Assembly (NCBI GenBank): GCA_023412915.1
Contig: JAEZRE010000014.1
Span: 156,164 to 220,163, forward strand
Length of the DNA: 64,000 nucleotides
Direction: 5' to 3'
Origin: Bacillota bacterium
Lineage (GTDB): Bacteria > Bacillota > Clostridia > Acetivibrionales > DTU013
Under the pieces are notes generated by a model, which made no database searches, had not been told where the DNA came from, and saw only the letters and a list, made by a program, of their open reading frames with translations. A program made the position numbers and the translations under genes. Of the stretch, positions 40,851 to 50,782 are shown in pieces (within the stretch, counting starts at the first letter, position 1; every line of letters begins with the position of its first letter).

Positions 40851-42401
40851 ATGGAAGATTATATTATTGAAATGCTTCATATAACAAAAGAATTTCCGGG
40901 CATCATAGCCAATGACGATATCACCCTGAAGTTGAGAAAAGGTGAGATTCATGCCCTTCTGGGCGAAAACGGCGCCGGAAAATCAACGCTTATGAGTGTT
41001 CTCTTCGGCCTGTATCAGGCTGAAAAGGGTGAGATCAGAATGAACGGAAAGGCAGTTAAGATCAATAACCCCAACGACGCCAATGCTCTGGGCATCGGTA
41101 TGGTGCACCAGCACTTCAAGCTTGTAGAAATCTTTACTGTCCTTGAAAATATCATTTTAGGCGTCGAACCTAACAAAATGGGCTTCCTTCTGAGGAAAAA
41201 AGCCCGCGAAAAAATAATGCAGCTAAGTGGGCAATACGGGCTCAAGGTAGACCCCGACGCCCTGATAGAGAATATTTCGGTCGGCATGCAGCAGCGCGTA
41301 GAGATATTGAAAATGCTGTATCGTGAAAATGATATACTCATTTTCGACGAGCCTACCGCCGTTCTTACCCCTCAGGAAATCGACGAACTTATGGAGATCA
41401 TGCGGGGCTTCGCAAAAGAAGGCAAATCCATACTTTTCATAACACACAAATTAAACGAGATCATTGCAGTTGCCGATCGCTGCACAGTATTGCGCAAGGG
41501 TAAACTGATAGGCACTGTAGATATAAAGGATACCACGAAGGAAGAGCTGTCCAGGATGATGGTGGGGCGCGACGTACTCCTGAAGGTGGACAAAACGGAT
41601 TCCAAACCTGATAATGTAGTGCTATCCGTAAGAAATGTCACCGTACCCTCCAAAACTCACAGGAACAATGCGGTCAAAAATGTTTCCTTTGACGTAAGAG
41701 CCGGAGAGATAGTATGTCTCGCAGGTATCGACGGAAACGGCCAATCCGAGTTCATCCAGGGGCTGACCGGTCTTGAAAAAATGAGCGGCGGAAGGATAAC
41801 GCTCTGCGGCAGGGATATAACGAAGGCGTCGATACGCTCGCGTTCCAAAACGGGAATGAGCCATATTCCGGAGGACCGCCAGAAGCATGGCCTCATTCTG
41901 GATTATACGCTGGAGCAGAATCTTGTTCTGCAGCGCTATTGGCAGCCTGATTTTCAAAGCCATAGCTTCATCAAAAACCGTGAGGTGCGGTCTTATGCTG
42001 AAAAACTCATAGAGCAGTATGACGTCCGCAGCGGACAGGGGCCTGTCACAACCGTTCGCAGCATGTCGGGCGGCAACCAGCAGAAGGCTATACTTGCCCG
42101 TGAAATTGACAAGGAGCATGAGCTGCTGATAGCTGTTCAACCTACCAGAGGCCTTGACGTGGGGGCGATCGAATATATCCACAAGCAGCTCGTCGCTAGG
42201 CGCGACGCCGGCAAAGCCGTTTTACTGATGTCCCTCGAACTCGAGGAGGTCATGAATGTGAGCGACCGTATCCTTGTCATGTATGAGGGCGAAATAGTCG
42301 GCGAGTTCGATCCCAAGACAGTCACCGTACAGGAGCTCGGCCTTTACATGTCGGGCGCAAAACGTCAGATGGCAAAGGAGATTGAACATGCAGTCATTTG
42401 A
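40851..42401 (+). CDS. ABC transporter ATP-binding protein, duplicated ATPase (sugar/nucleoside importer type)
   Basis: Walker A GENGAGKST, signature VGMQQRVEILK and Walker B ILIFDEPT. The degenerate second half carries SGGNQQKAILARE. Confidence 0.93.
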   Translation: MEDYIIEMLHITKEFPGIIANDDITLKLRKGEIHALLGENGAGKSTLMSVLFGLYQAEKGEIRMNGKAVKINNPNDANALGIGMVHQHFKLVEIFTVLENIILGVEPNKMGFLLRKKAREKIMQLSGQYGLKVDPDALIENISVGMQQRVEILKMLYRENDILIFDEPTAVLTPQEIDELMEIMRGFAKEGKSILFITHKLNEIIAVADRCTVLRKGKLIGTVDIKDTTKEELSRMMVGRDVLLKVDKTDSKPDNVVLSVRNVTVPSKTHRNNAVKNVSFDVRAGEIVCLAGIDGNGQSEFIQGLTGLEKMSGGRITLCGRDITKASIRSRSKTGMSHIPEDRQKHGLILDYTLEQNLVLQRYWQPDFQSHSFIKNREVRSYAEKLIEQYDVRSGQGPVTTVRSMSGGNQQKAILAREIDKEHELLIAVQPTRGLDVGAIEYIHKQLVARRDAGKAVLLMSLELEEVMNVSDRILVMYEGEIVGEFDPKTVTVQELGLYMSGAKRQMAKEIEHAVI

Positions 42402-43479
42402 TTTCAAGAGAGTTACCAAAAGCAAAGGCTTTTCGGCATTTACGGCGGCATTGCTCGCCATATTCCTGGGCCTCGTTTTCGGGTTCATAATAATGCTTGC
42501 CGCAAGCCCCGACAATTCCCTGCCCGGCTTTCAAATGGTGTTGTTAGGCGGAATGGGACGGCTTGGAGACGTATTCTATTTCGCGACACCCATTCTGATG
42601 ACCGGTCTGGCTGTGGGCTTTGCCTTTAAAATGGGCCTGTTCAACATTGGAGCATCCGGACAGTATACAATGGGCATGTTCTTCGCCCTCTATGTCGGAT
42701 TCATGTGGGATCTCCCCTCCGGCTTACGCTGGGTGGTCGCAATAGCTGCCGGCATGCTCGGCGGTTTGCTCTGGGGGCTGATACCCGGTATATTCAAGGC
42801 GCTGCTCAATGTGAATGAGGTTATCACCTCGATCATGTTCAACTACATCGGCATGTACCTGGTGGATATGTGGATACAGGGAAATGCCGTCATGTATGTC
42901 CCAACCAAGACAAGGACCGCCTATCTCCCCGATTCGGCACAGCTGCCCTCCCTTGGGATCCCGAATTCGAGTGTGAACATTTCCATCATTATTGCTGTTG
43001 CCATCGCAATCATACTGTATATCGTACTGAATAAGACGACCTTCGGCTACGAACTGAAGGCTACAGGCTATAACAAGCATGCGAGCGCATATGCCGGCAT
43101 GAACGGCAAGCGCAACATCATACTGACCATGGCAATAGCTGGCGCCATGGCGGGCTTCGGCGGCGCCTTCGCCATACTGGCGCCTTCCACGATCGCCGGC
43201 AGCAGCATGACCTATGAACCGATCAACGTTATCGCTGCAAACGGCTTCAACGGTATCGCAGTAGCCCTGCTCGGCAATTCGAGCCCGCTCGGTATCATCT
43301 TCTCCGCCCTGTTCGTGTCCTACATCCAGCGGGGCGGCACGCTTGCCAGCCTGTTTGGCTTCAAGCCGGAGATCATAGACGTCGTTATCGCGGTTATAAT
43401 CTACTTTTCGGCCTTTGCCATGTTTATGAATTCAGTGGTCGTAAGACTGTTCAAGAAGCACAAAAAGGAGGAGGTGTAA
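42388..43479 (+). CDS. ABC transporter permease (BMP-associated, NupP/RnsC-like)
   Basis: About 9 TM helices. ATG 42388 lies 7 nt after AAAGGAG and overlaps the ATPase gene end. Confidence 0.88.
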   Translation: MQSFDFKRVTKSKGFSAFTAALLAIFLGLVFGFIIMLAASPDNSLPGFQMVLLGGMGRLGDVFYFATPILMTGLAVGFAFKMGLFNIGASGQYTMGMFFALYVGFMWDLPSGLRWVVAIAAGMLGGLLWGLIPGIFKALLNVNEVITSIMFNYIGMYLVDMWIQGNAVMYVPTKTRTAYLPDSAQLPSLGIPNSSVNISIIIAVAIAIILYIVLNKTTFGYELKATGYNKHASAYAGMNGKRNIILTMAIAGAMAGFGGAFAILAPSTIAGSSMTYEPINVIAANGFNGIAVALLGNSSPLGIIFSALFVSYIQRGGTLASLFGFKPEIIDVVIAVIIYFSAFAMFMNSVVVRLFKKHKKEEV

Positions 43480-43482
43480 GCT

Positions 43483-44448
43483 ATGGATACATTGTATTAT
43501 CTGATTCAAAATACACTTCCGGTTGCCATTCCCCTGCTTCTGGTGGCGCTTGGCGGTATGTTCAGCGAACGCAGCGGCGTCGTTAACATAGCTCTCGAAG
43601 GCATCATGCTATTTGGAGCGTTTTTCGGCTGCCTGTTCGTTTACTATATCAAAGGCGCTCCGATGGATCCGCAGATAGTATTGCTTCTGGCCATGGCGGT
43701 TGCCGCGGTTTCCGGACTTCTTTACTCCATGCTGCTTTCATTTGCCGCCGTTAATATGAAGGCAGACCAGACTATTACCGGAACTGCCTTGAATATGCTG
43801 ATCCCTGCTGTGATCCTTCTGTTTGCAAAGATGTTTTTCAGTAGCGACGGTATCACGACGGACATGAGCTTCTATATTAAAAAAGTAGCGGGGCTCGGCG
43901 ATATACCGGTGCTCGGCAAACTGTTCTTCCAGAACACCTATCTTACGGTTTATATAGGGATACTTTTCCTCATTATATCGACTGTTATTTTCTACAAAAC
44001 CAAGTTCGGGCTGCGCCTGCGTTCCTGCGGCGAACATCCCCATGCGGCCGATTCCGTCGGAATAAATGTCTACGTCATGCGCCATGCAGGTGTCGGCATT
44101 TCAGGCGTTCTTGGAGGTATCGGAGGCTTCTTCTACGCGGTCGGCATCATGAACAGCAATATCAACGGCCACACGGGAGTCGCAGGCTTCGGCTTCCTTG
44201 CATTGGCCGTAATGATATTCGGTCAGTGGAAGCCGTTGAAGATACTGCTGGCAGCGCTGTTCTTCGCATTCCTGCGCACGCTGGCGTACTCGATATCGCT
44301 CATACCCTTCCTCGATGCGTTGAAAATAGACCAGACCTATTACAAGATGCTGCCCTATCTGGCGACGATGGTCGTCCTCGCATTCACCTCGAAGAAGTCG
44401 AGAGCGCCTAAAGCCGAAGGCATTCCGTACGACATGAGCCAGAGGTAG
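43483..44448 (+). CDS. ABC transporter permease (BMP-associated, NupQ/RnsD-like)
   Basis: Polytopic membrane protein. RBS AAGGAGGAGG. Starts 3 nt after the preceding permease stop. Confidence 0.88.
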   Translation: MDTLYYLIQNTLPVAIPLLLVALGGMFSERSGVVNIALEGIMLFGAFFGCLFVYYIKGAPMDPQIVLLLAMAVAAVSGLLYSMLLSFAAVNMKADQTITGTALNMLIPAVILLFAKMFFSSDGITTDMSFYIKKVAGLGDIPVLGKLFFQNTYLTVYIGILFLIISTVIFYKTKFGLRLRSCGEHPHAADSVGINVYVMRHAGVGISGVLGGIGGFFYAVGIMNSNINGHTGVAGFGFLALAVMIFGQWKPLKILLAALFFAFLRTLAYSISLIPFLDALKIDQTYYKMLPYLATMVVLAFTSKKSRAPKAEGIPYDMSQR

Positions 44449-44473
44449 TTATTTGTTGCACCGTTGACAAGGA

Positions 44474-44524
44474 CAAAAACAAGAGCCGTTAATTGCTTTA
44501 ACTTAAAGCAGTTGACGGCTCTTG
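44474..44524 (-). terminator. long hairpin; T-run on the minus strand, so it terminates the HD-domain gene and may also stop the ABC operon
   Basis: caagagccgttaattgctttaa / ttaaagcagttgacggctcttg (22 bp, 2 mismatches). The minus strand continues with TTTTTG. Confidence 0.65.
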
Positions 44525-44571
44525 TTGAAAAACCTGCTTTATTACTCTCAGGCAGCAATGGACTAATACCC

Positions 44572-45069
44572 TCAAAAACTGCATCCAAGCTCCTCCAGCG
44601 CCTTCTGACACCTTTCAAATGCTACTCCGCTCGTTTCCACTGCATTCAGGTATCTATCCACGCAATCGACGTCCTTCAGCAATTCAGCCAGTTTGTTTTC
44701 CGAATATTCAATTTTGTTGCTATGTACTCTGACAGCCTCTATAAAAGAATCCTCTTCCTCCCCGCTAATCAAAAGTCCGGGTTCGACACTCATATTGTAC
44801 CTGTTCACAGCGTCCCGGATATAGGGTTCTGCTCTCTCTCCATGTCCTTCATGCCTGCCGGACATTACGACGGCAATATCATGGAATGTTGCCGTAAGCG
44901 AGGCCAATTCGGGATCGATATTTCTTTTGACAGCCAACAGCTTTGCCAACTGTGCGCTTGTGTACATGTGCATTACATTCCATTCAATTGGCAGGTCCCT
45001 GTTTTCATTATTCAGTTCTTTCCATTCATTAAAAAGCATGGCTTGTAAATGACAGACCCTGCCAAACAT
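44572..45069 (-). CDS. HD-domain protein (putative metal-dependent phosphohydrolase)
   Basis: H...HD pattern (MHMYTSAQLAKLLA...TATFHDIAVV). ATG 45069 lies 8 nt after AAAGGAG. Confidence 0.7.
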   Translation of the reverse strand: MFGRVCHLQAMLFNEWKELNNENRDLPIEWNVMHMYTSAQLAKLLAVKRNIDPELASLTATFHDIAVVMSGRHEGHGERAEPYIRDAVNRYNMSVEPGLLISGEEEDSFIEAVRVHSNKIEYSENKLAELLKDVDCVDRYLNAVETSGVAFERCQKALEELGCSF

Positions 45070-45091
45070 GGGCAACACTCCTTTATCAGCT

Positions 45092-45766
45092 TCACAGCCC
45101 CATAAGATATGAGCGTTTTTCTCTGTCCAATTTTTCTATCGCGTATCTGAAGGCGACTCTTGGAATGCTGCTATGATTTTGGGCGAGATAATCGATTACG
45201 CCTTTCTCGTCTGCTTTTGAAAGTATTTTGAGCATCCAGCCGTAACCTTTTAACACCAGATCGTTTTCATCGTTCATGAGTCTGTCGGAAATATCGAACG
45301 GCAGCAGGCCGGCATAATCTTTCCTGGCAATGGATGGTATGAGAATAACAGCAGCTGCTCTTCTTACCCAGAAATCATCATCCTTCGTCCATTCCAAGAC
45401 ATTTGCAAAAAGCTCTTTATATTTCATCAGCAATTTCCCGAAGGCGTGTGTGCAAAAGTCGTCGCAATCTCCCCAACCCCGCACGTATTTTTTAAGCCAT
45501 GAATAGAAAATGGGATAAGTATCCCGGGAGTATTGGCTGCTTGACCTGTCGGCCCAATCATATGCAATGACACCGGCTTCCCAGCTATGTTTGTCCAGTA
45601 AAGCTTCACACAGCGTCAGTACATTGTCTATGCTCTTATCGGGGAGTGTCCTGAAAAGCCCGGCGGATAATTTACGTATATCCCCCGTTTTTACATGAGT
45701 TCCTACGGGCTTATTTACATTCAGGGCAGCGATTTCAATTCCGGCACGTCCAATAATATCGTACAT
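45092..45766 (-). CDS. DNA alkylation repair enzyme-like HEAT-repeat protein (AlkD/AlkC-like family)
   Basis: 224 aa. DDFWVRRAAAVILIP and the KGYGWMLK pattern recalled from the DNA alkylation repair family. RBS AGGAGA. Confidence 0.7.
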   Translation of the reverse strand: MYDIIGRAGIEIAALNVNKPVGTHVKTGDIRKLSAGLFRTLPDKSIDNVLTLCEALLDKHSWEAGVIAYDWADRSSSQYSRDTYPIFYSWLKKYVRGWGDCDDFCTHAFGKLLMKYKELFANVLEWTKDDDFWVRRAAAVILIPSIARKDYAGLLPFDISDRLMNDENDLVLKGYGWMLKILSKADEKGVIDYLAQNHSSIPRVAFRYAIEKLDREKRSYLMGL

Positions 45767-45785
45767 CGAACTCTCCTGTTATGCT

Positions 45786-46421
45786 TCACAGATACCTTCC
45801 GGGATCATTCAGCAGCTCCTGCATCCGGTTGAAGTAATTTCCGACTTGCATACCGTCGACAATGGCGTGGTGTGCCTGTACAGAAAGCGGCAGCTGCATT
45901 TTACCGTTTTCTTCGAAGAATTTGCCCCACGATATCCTCGGAATGCTGTCGACAGGCTTCATATTAATAGGGTGGGTAATGCCTGTGAACGAGACCCAGG
46001 GGATGCTGGTAATATACAAAAGGTCGTCACGTTCGGGGTCATCCGCAAGTCCGGAGCTTTTTTTAGCTTTTTCGATCAACTCCGACGTATTGGTCCTGAA
46101 GGCGCGGAAATCATCAGCAAAAGGCGCCGTACAGTAATTGAAGACTTCGTTGTCAGTCATCACAGTAAACGAAGGACTGACCGTCTCATGCTCAACGACA
46201 CTTTCCCCTCGTATCCTGTACCTGAATTCTTTTATGCCGTTTGCCGTTTTGGAGGCAAAGAACAGCATCGAGATGAAAAACGGCAATCCATTAGTTTTAA
46301 TATGTCTGTATGCTTGCGTTATATCGAGGTTGGCGCAGATATTGAAGTGCGGATAGTCGAATTGTCTGAAATAATTAAAATGGTCTCTTCTGTTCCAATT
46401 TTGTGTGTCGATATATTTCAT
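45786..46421 (-). CDS. cat: type A chloramphenicol O-acetyltransferase family protein
   Basis: 211 aa. MKYIDTQNWNRRDHFNYF..., ITSIPWVSFTG, and the catalytic-His region LSVQAHHAIVDGMQVG (compare HHAVCDG). Confidence 0.88.
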   Translation of the reverse strand: MKYIDTQNWNRRDHFNYFRQFDYPHFNICANLDITQAYRHIKTNGLPFFISMLFFASKTANGIKEFRYRIRGESVVEHETVSPSFTVMTDNEVFNYCTAPFADDFRAFRTNTSELIEKAKKSSGLADDPERDDLLYITSIPWVSFTGITHPINMKPVDSIPRISWGKFFEENGKMQLPLSVQAHHAIVDGMQVGNYFNRMQELLNDPGRYL

Positions 46422-46436
46422 TACACATCACCGTTC

Positions 46437-46473
46437 CTTAAAAAGTGGCCGGCTCCAGTTACACAGGCCGGCT
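46437..46473 (-). terminator. hairpin overlapping the punA stop codon, T-run on the minus strand
   Basis: ggccggc-N12-ggccggc stem. The minus strand continues cacTTTTT. Confidence 0.5.
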
Positions 46474-47286
46474 TTCCACGATACCCTTCACCAGCGTTAC
46501 GAAGCTCTTCTCCGCTTTTTTAGCCGTAATCAGGACCTCGTCATGCTTGATAGGCTCGTCAAGCACGCCCGCAGCCATATTTGTGATGCATGAGATCCCA
46601 AGCACCTTTATGTCCGCGTGCCTTGCAACAATTACCTCGGGCACGGTCGACATTCCAACGGCATCGGCTCCAAGCACCTTTAACGCTCTTATTTCGGCAG
46701 GCGTTTCAAACATTGGCCCCTGAGCAAAAGCATATACGCCTTCTCTCACCGGTATCCCCTCTCTGGCGGCAGCCCTTTTAGCCGCAGCTATCAAGCCGGC
46801 GTCATAGACCTTGCACATATCGGGAAATCTGGGGCCAAGCTCTTCAAGGTTCCTGCCTCTCAGCGGCGATGGAGCAAAAAAGCTGATATGGTCTGTTATA
46901 AGCATCAGATCGCCCGGTACGAACCCCGGGTTTATGCCCCCGGCCGCATTGGTTACAATAAGCTGCGAAATCCCCAGCAGTTTGAATACCCTTATATGGA
47001 ATACTACCTGATCCATCTCATAACCTTCGTAAAAATGGAAACGCCCTTTCATGACAAGTACGCGTTTTCCTCCAAGCGTACCACACACAAGCTTTCCCGC
47101 ATGGCCTTCGACAGTGGTCCGCGGAAATCCCGGGATATCTTTGTAATCTATCTCGGTCGCCTCTTCCAGAAAGTCAACCAGCGGCCCCAGACCTGTGCCA
47201 AGTATTATGCCTGTCAGCGGATTGCCTGTGATCCTGGAGCCTATATAGTCCGCCGCCGATTTGTATTTTTCCATGTAGTCCTGCAT
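46459..47286 (-). CDS. punA: purine nucleoside phosphorylase, trimeric PNP (PunA/DeoD-II) type
   Basis: AADYIGSRITGNPLTGIILGTGLG, GRFHFYEGY and VGMSTVPEV motifs. RBS AAGGAG. Confidence 0.92.
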   Translation of the reverse strand: MQDYMEKYKSAADYIGSRITGNPLTGIILGTGLGPLVDFLEEATEIDYKDIPGFPRTTVEGHAGKLVCGTLGGKRVLVMKGRFHFYEGYEMDQVVFHIRVFKLLGISQLIVTNAAGGINPGFVPGDLMLITDHISFFAPSPLRGRNLEELGPRFPDMCKVYDAGLIAAAKRAAAREGIPVREGVYAFAQGPMFETPAEIRALKVLGADAVGMSTVPEVIVARHADIKVLGISCITNMAAGVLDEPIKHDEVLITAKKAEKSFVTLVKGIVESRPV

Positions 47287-47408
47287 ATCCGCCGCTCCTT
47301 GAATTTACTTAATTCTGTTTTATCCGATCCGGTACCTGAAACACCCGATTGTACCGTATTGAACTGGACCTGCCTCGGAGCTGTCAAGCTCCGGCTGCCG
47401 TTATCGTC

Positions 47409-48419
47409 CTAATATACTTCAGCGTCCCAGGAGCCTTTATCTATCTGTATCTGAGAAACCTTGCCATCCTCCAGCACCACTGTGAACAAGTCATAGCCGT
47501 TGTAACTGTAGCCCAATACTCCGTCTTCGTTGCTGGACGGCTCTCCATACAATTCCTTGAGCTTTGCCGCGCTGTCTCCCGTTTTCAGTCCCCTGGGCGT
47601 TGCATAATCGGAGCTTGTGACATTCATCGAGTATACTCTGTCATCGACGATGTATATCTGGGTGCTGTCTGCAAAAAACAATGTCTTCGCATTCAGTCCT
47701 TCCTGATTGTCGGCCTCCTCCTGGTCGGGCTTCTTCCCCATTGCCTGCACTAATTCGTCATATGTCATATCAAGCTTGATTTTACCCAACTGAAGATCGT
47801 CGGGGGTTACCTTGTTTTCATCGGCAAGACTTTTTCCATAGCTTTCCCTGGTGGTTCTGACGCTCGAGGCGATATTCGATAGTATAGCCTCGTTCTCTTT
47901 TTTCCATTCTTGAGCATTATTGGCGTCGATGTGCAGAATTATGTAGCTGTCACCGTCAATCCGCACATAATAAGCTTCGTTGTCTGTTACCTTTATCTGC
48001 TTGCCTATCCAGCCGTCACGGTATGTAAATTCTTCTACGGTACCGCCGGCGCCTGCAAGTGAACTGTAAAATTCGTCTTCGGAACCTTTCATCATTTCAC
48101 CGTAAATCTTGATTTTGACATTTTCGTTTCCCGGCAGGATATCATACGCAGAGCCGTCTTCGGAATTATCCTCCACCTTCCAGCCGGAGGGTATATCGAA
48201 CCAGAAATCGAATATTTCGTTATTGACTGTTTTATAATCGGGATCGAAGGCAGGATAAAAGTTGATCTCGCCGCCATTGGAGCCGGAAGCGGCTGAATCC
48301 GCACCGGACGTTTCCCCCGACGAAGCCCCCGTCGAAGCCGTGGTTCCATTGAGACCGGCGGCCGAGCAGCCGGACAGCAGCAGAGATATGGTCAAAAATA
48401 TGAGTACTAACTTTTTCAT
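47409..48419 (-). CDS. hypothetical lipoprotein
   Basis: Signal peptide plus lipobox LLLSGCSAAG and an S/G/T-rich linker. No family recognised. RBS GTGAGGT. Confidence 0.75.
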   Translation of the reverse strand: MKKLVLIFLTISLLLSGCSAAGLNGTTASTGASSGETSGADSAASGSNGGEINFYPAFDPDYKTVNNEIFDFWFDIPSGWKVEDNSEDGSAYDILPGNENVKIKIYGEMMKGSEDEFYSSLAGAGGTVEEFTYRDGWIGKQIKVTDNEAYYVRIDGDSYIILHIDANNAQEWKKENEAILSNIASSVRTTRESYGKSLADENKVTPDDLQLGKIKLDMTYDELVQAMGKKPDQEEADNQEGLNAKTLFFADSTQIYIVDDRVYSMNVTSSDYATPRGLKTGDSAAKLKELYGEPSSNEDGVLGYSYNGYDLFTVVLEDGKVSQIQIDKGSWDAEVY

Positions 48420-48538
48420 TGGTAAAACCTCACTTATTACTGATAATTGCCAGCATATTTATTATTTTACCATAAATGATTATATCGTGATAGTAAAGTA
48501 TATCGGTTACAAATATGTTAAAACGCGGTTGAGCCGCT

Positions 48539-49390
48539 TTAGCGCAGTATAATGTCAACGCCCCTTGTATGTATGTATTCGGATGGGCTGACACCCTCGT
48601 GTTTTTTAAACATCCGGCTGAAATAATATATGTCGTTGAAGCCTACCAGCCGGGAGGTATCGGTGACACTGTAACCATCCTTCAGGAGATTTTTCGCTCT
48701 GTTTATACGGATCTCTATCAGGTAGTCTATCGGAGACCTGCCGGTAACGCTCCTGAAAATGCTGCCCAGGTAGGACGGGCTCACACGCGCATACTCCGCC
48801 AGTTCCCCGAGAGTCATGTTTTTAGAATAGTTTTCAGTCATATATCCAATGACGGTTTCGACCTTCCCTGCATTTGAATAGCTGAATTGGTTCCGCTCGG
48901 TGAATTTGAACAGCAACACCAGTATTTCCGTCAATATGGCTCTTTCCCGGACATCGGTCCTGACTCTGGCAGCTAACGCCGATTTGGTCAATTCTGAAAA
49001 CAGATCATACAGCTTCAGCAGCAGCAGGCTGTCCGTGATCTTCTGCCAGAAAGAAAACGGAAGGGAATAGTCGGGCAATTTCCATACCTTGTCAATATAC
49101 TCCGGGCAGGTATATTGAAAATCTATAGCATAACATTTTACAGGTTCATCGGGATAGGTGACTGCATGCCTTATATCTCCCGGTTTGTAATACATTAGGT
49201 CTCCCCTGCCTGCGATAAACCTGCTCTCATTGCAGCGGAACTCAGCCTTCCCGTCATACAGCAGCATCAGATTATGCGTTTGCATCCTGCTGTCCAGCTT
49301 CCATGCGGGAGTTGCGATACGATCTATCGCATACTTCAGTTCGGGGAAAATGTTATATATACCGTTATTATCTGATTCCAAAAGGATCAC
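48539..49390 (-). CDS. AraC-family transcriptional regulator (cupin-like sensor plus AraC HTH)
   Basis: C-terminal TLGELAEYARVSPSYLGSIFRSVTG...IYYFSRMFKKHEGVSPSEY. GTG start at 49390, uncertain. Confidence 0.88.
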   Translation of the reverse strand: MILLESDNNGIYNIFPELKYAIDRIATPAWKLDSRMQTHNLMLLYDGKAEFRCNESRFIAGRGDLMYYKPGDIRHAVTYPDEPVKCYAIDFQYTCPEYIDKVWKLPDYSLPFSFWQKITDSLLLLKLYDLFSELTKSALAARVRTDVRERAILTEILVLLFKFTERNQFSYSNAGKVETVIGYMTENYSKNMTLGELAEYARVSPSYLGSIFRSVTGRSPIDYLIEIRINRAKNLLKDGYSVTDTSRLVGFNDIYYFSRMFKKHEGVSPSEYIHTRGVDIILR

Positions 49391-49609
49391 CTCGAAAAAT
49401 CACATAGTACAAATGATATTATATACCTGCGAAATCCGGAATAAAACACGTAAACCGCAGTATTTACAAATGATTAACAAACATTTCCCCCACGGATCAG
49501 GCTTTGTGGAATTATCGTCAGATTGTACAAATATAATCAGATACTCCATGGAATTATTATGAAATATCGCTTATGCTTAAAGAAAATTGCGTTCACGGAA
49601 GGTGATAAA

Positions 49610-50764
49610 ATGATAAGAGTTGCCGTTGTCGGTACGGGTGGTATTTCGCAGAGCCATATTGCCGGATATCTCGCATTCCCGGAAAGGTGCAGAATCGTCG
49701 CGCTGGTCGATATCTTTCCTGAAAAAGCCCAGGAGAAGAAGGAAAAATTCAAGCTGGCAGACGCAGAGGTTTACGACGATCATCTTAAGATCCTGGGAAG
49801 AGAGGACATCGATTTGATAGATGTCTGCACTCCCCCCTACGTTCACGCCGAAATAGCCATCAACAGTCTGAATGCCGGAAAGAACGTTTTAATAGAAAAG
49901 CCTATGGCCGCGTCGCTCGAAGAATGCGACAAGGTGCTTGAAGCAGCCGAAAAGAGCGGAAAACTTCTTTCGGTGGTTGCACAGAACCGCTACAGGACAG
50001 GTTACATGAAGCTTAAAAAAACGCTGGACTCCGGCCTGGCAGGCGACATCGTTCATGCGCAGGCGGATTCGTTCTGGTGGAGAGGCCACAGCTATTACGA
50101 CCTGTGGTGGAGAGGCACCTGGGAAAAGGAAGGCGGAGGCTGTACATTGAACCACGCCGTCCACCATATCGACATGATGCTTTGGATGATGGGCAAGCCT
50201 GAGGAAGTCCAGGCAATCATGAGCAATACCTCACACGACAACGCCGAAGTCGAGGACCTTTCGATCGCCCTCCTGAAATACAGGAACGGCGCTCTGGGTC
50301 AGATAACAAGCTCCGTTGTACACCACGGAGAAGAACAGCAGGTAGTGTTCCAGGGGAAGAAAGCAAGGATCTCCGCACCCTGGAAGGTATACGCCTCCAA
50401 ATCCAAGAGCAACGGTTTCCCCGAGAGGAACCCCGAACTTGAAAAAGAAATCGACGATTTATATAATTCACTTCCTGAGCAAAAATACGATAACCACACC
50501 CCTTTGATCGACGATGTACTGCACGCGCTCGAGACAGGCGGCAAGCCGCTGATATCGGGCGAGGACGGCAGGAATACGGTTGAGCTGATCACGGCGATAT
50601 ACGAGTCGTCTGTCAGCAGGAAGCCCGTTAAGCTTCCGCTTGCCAAGGAGGATCCCTTCTATACAGTGAGAGGTATACAGGCCGGCGTTCCGCATTTCTA
50701 TGAGAAGACGGCAAGCGTAGAGAATTTCGGCGATGAAAATATAACGATGGGAAGAAAACTTTAG
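49610..50764 (+). CDS. Gfo/Idh/MocA-family NAD(P)-dependent oxidoreductase
   Basis: MIRVAVVGTGGISQSH Rossmann start and EKPMA motif. ATG 49610 follows GGAAGGTGA (the track ORF starts 29 codons earlier without an RBS). Confidence 0.88.
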   Translation: MIRVAVVGTGGISQSHIAGYLAFPERCRIVALVDIFPEKAQEKKEKFKLADAEVYDDHLKILGREDIDLIDVCTPPYVHAEIAINSLNAGKNVLIEKPMAASLEECDKVLEAAEKSGKLLSVVAQNRYRTGYMKLKKTLDSGLAGDIVHAQADSFWWRGHSYYDLWWRGTWEKEGGGCTLNHAVHHIDMMLWMMGKPEEVQAIMSNTSHDNAEVEDLSIALLKYRNGALGQITSSVVHHGEEQQVVFQGKKARISAPWKVYASKSKSNGFPERNPELEKEIDDLYNSLPEQKYDNHTPLIDDVLHALETGGKPLISGEDGRNTVELITAIYESSVSRKPVKLPLAKEDPFYTVRGIQAGVPHFYEKTASVENFGDENITMGRKL

Positions 50765-50782
50765 TCTCAAGGAGGTTTGACA

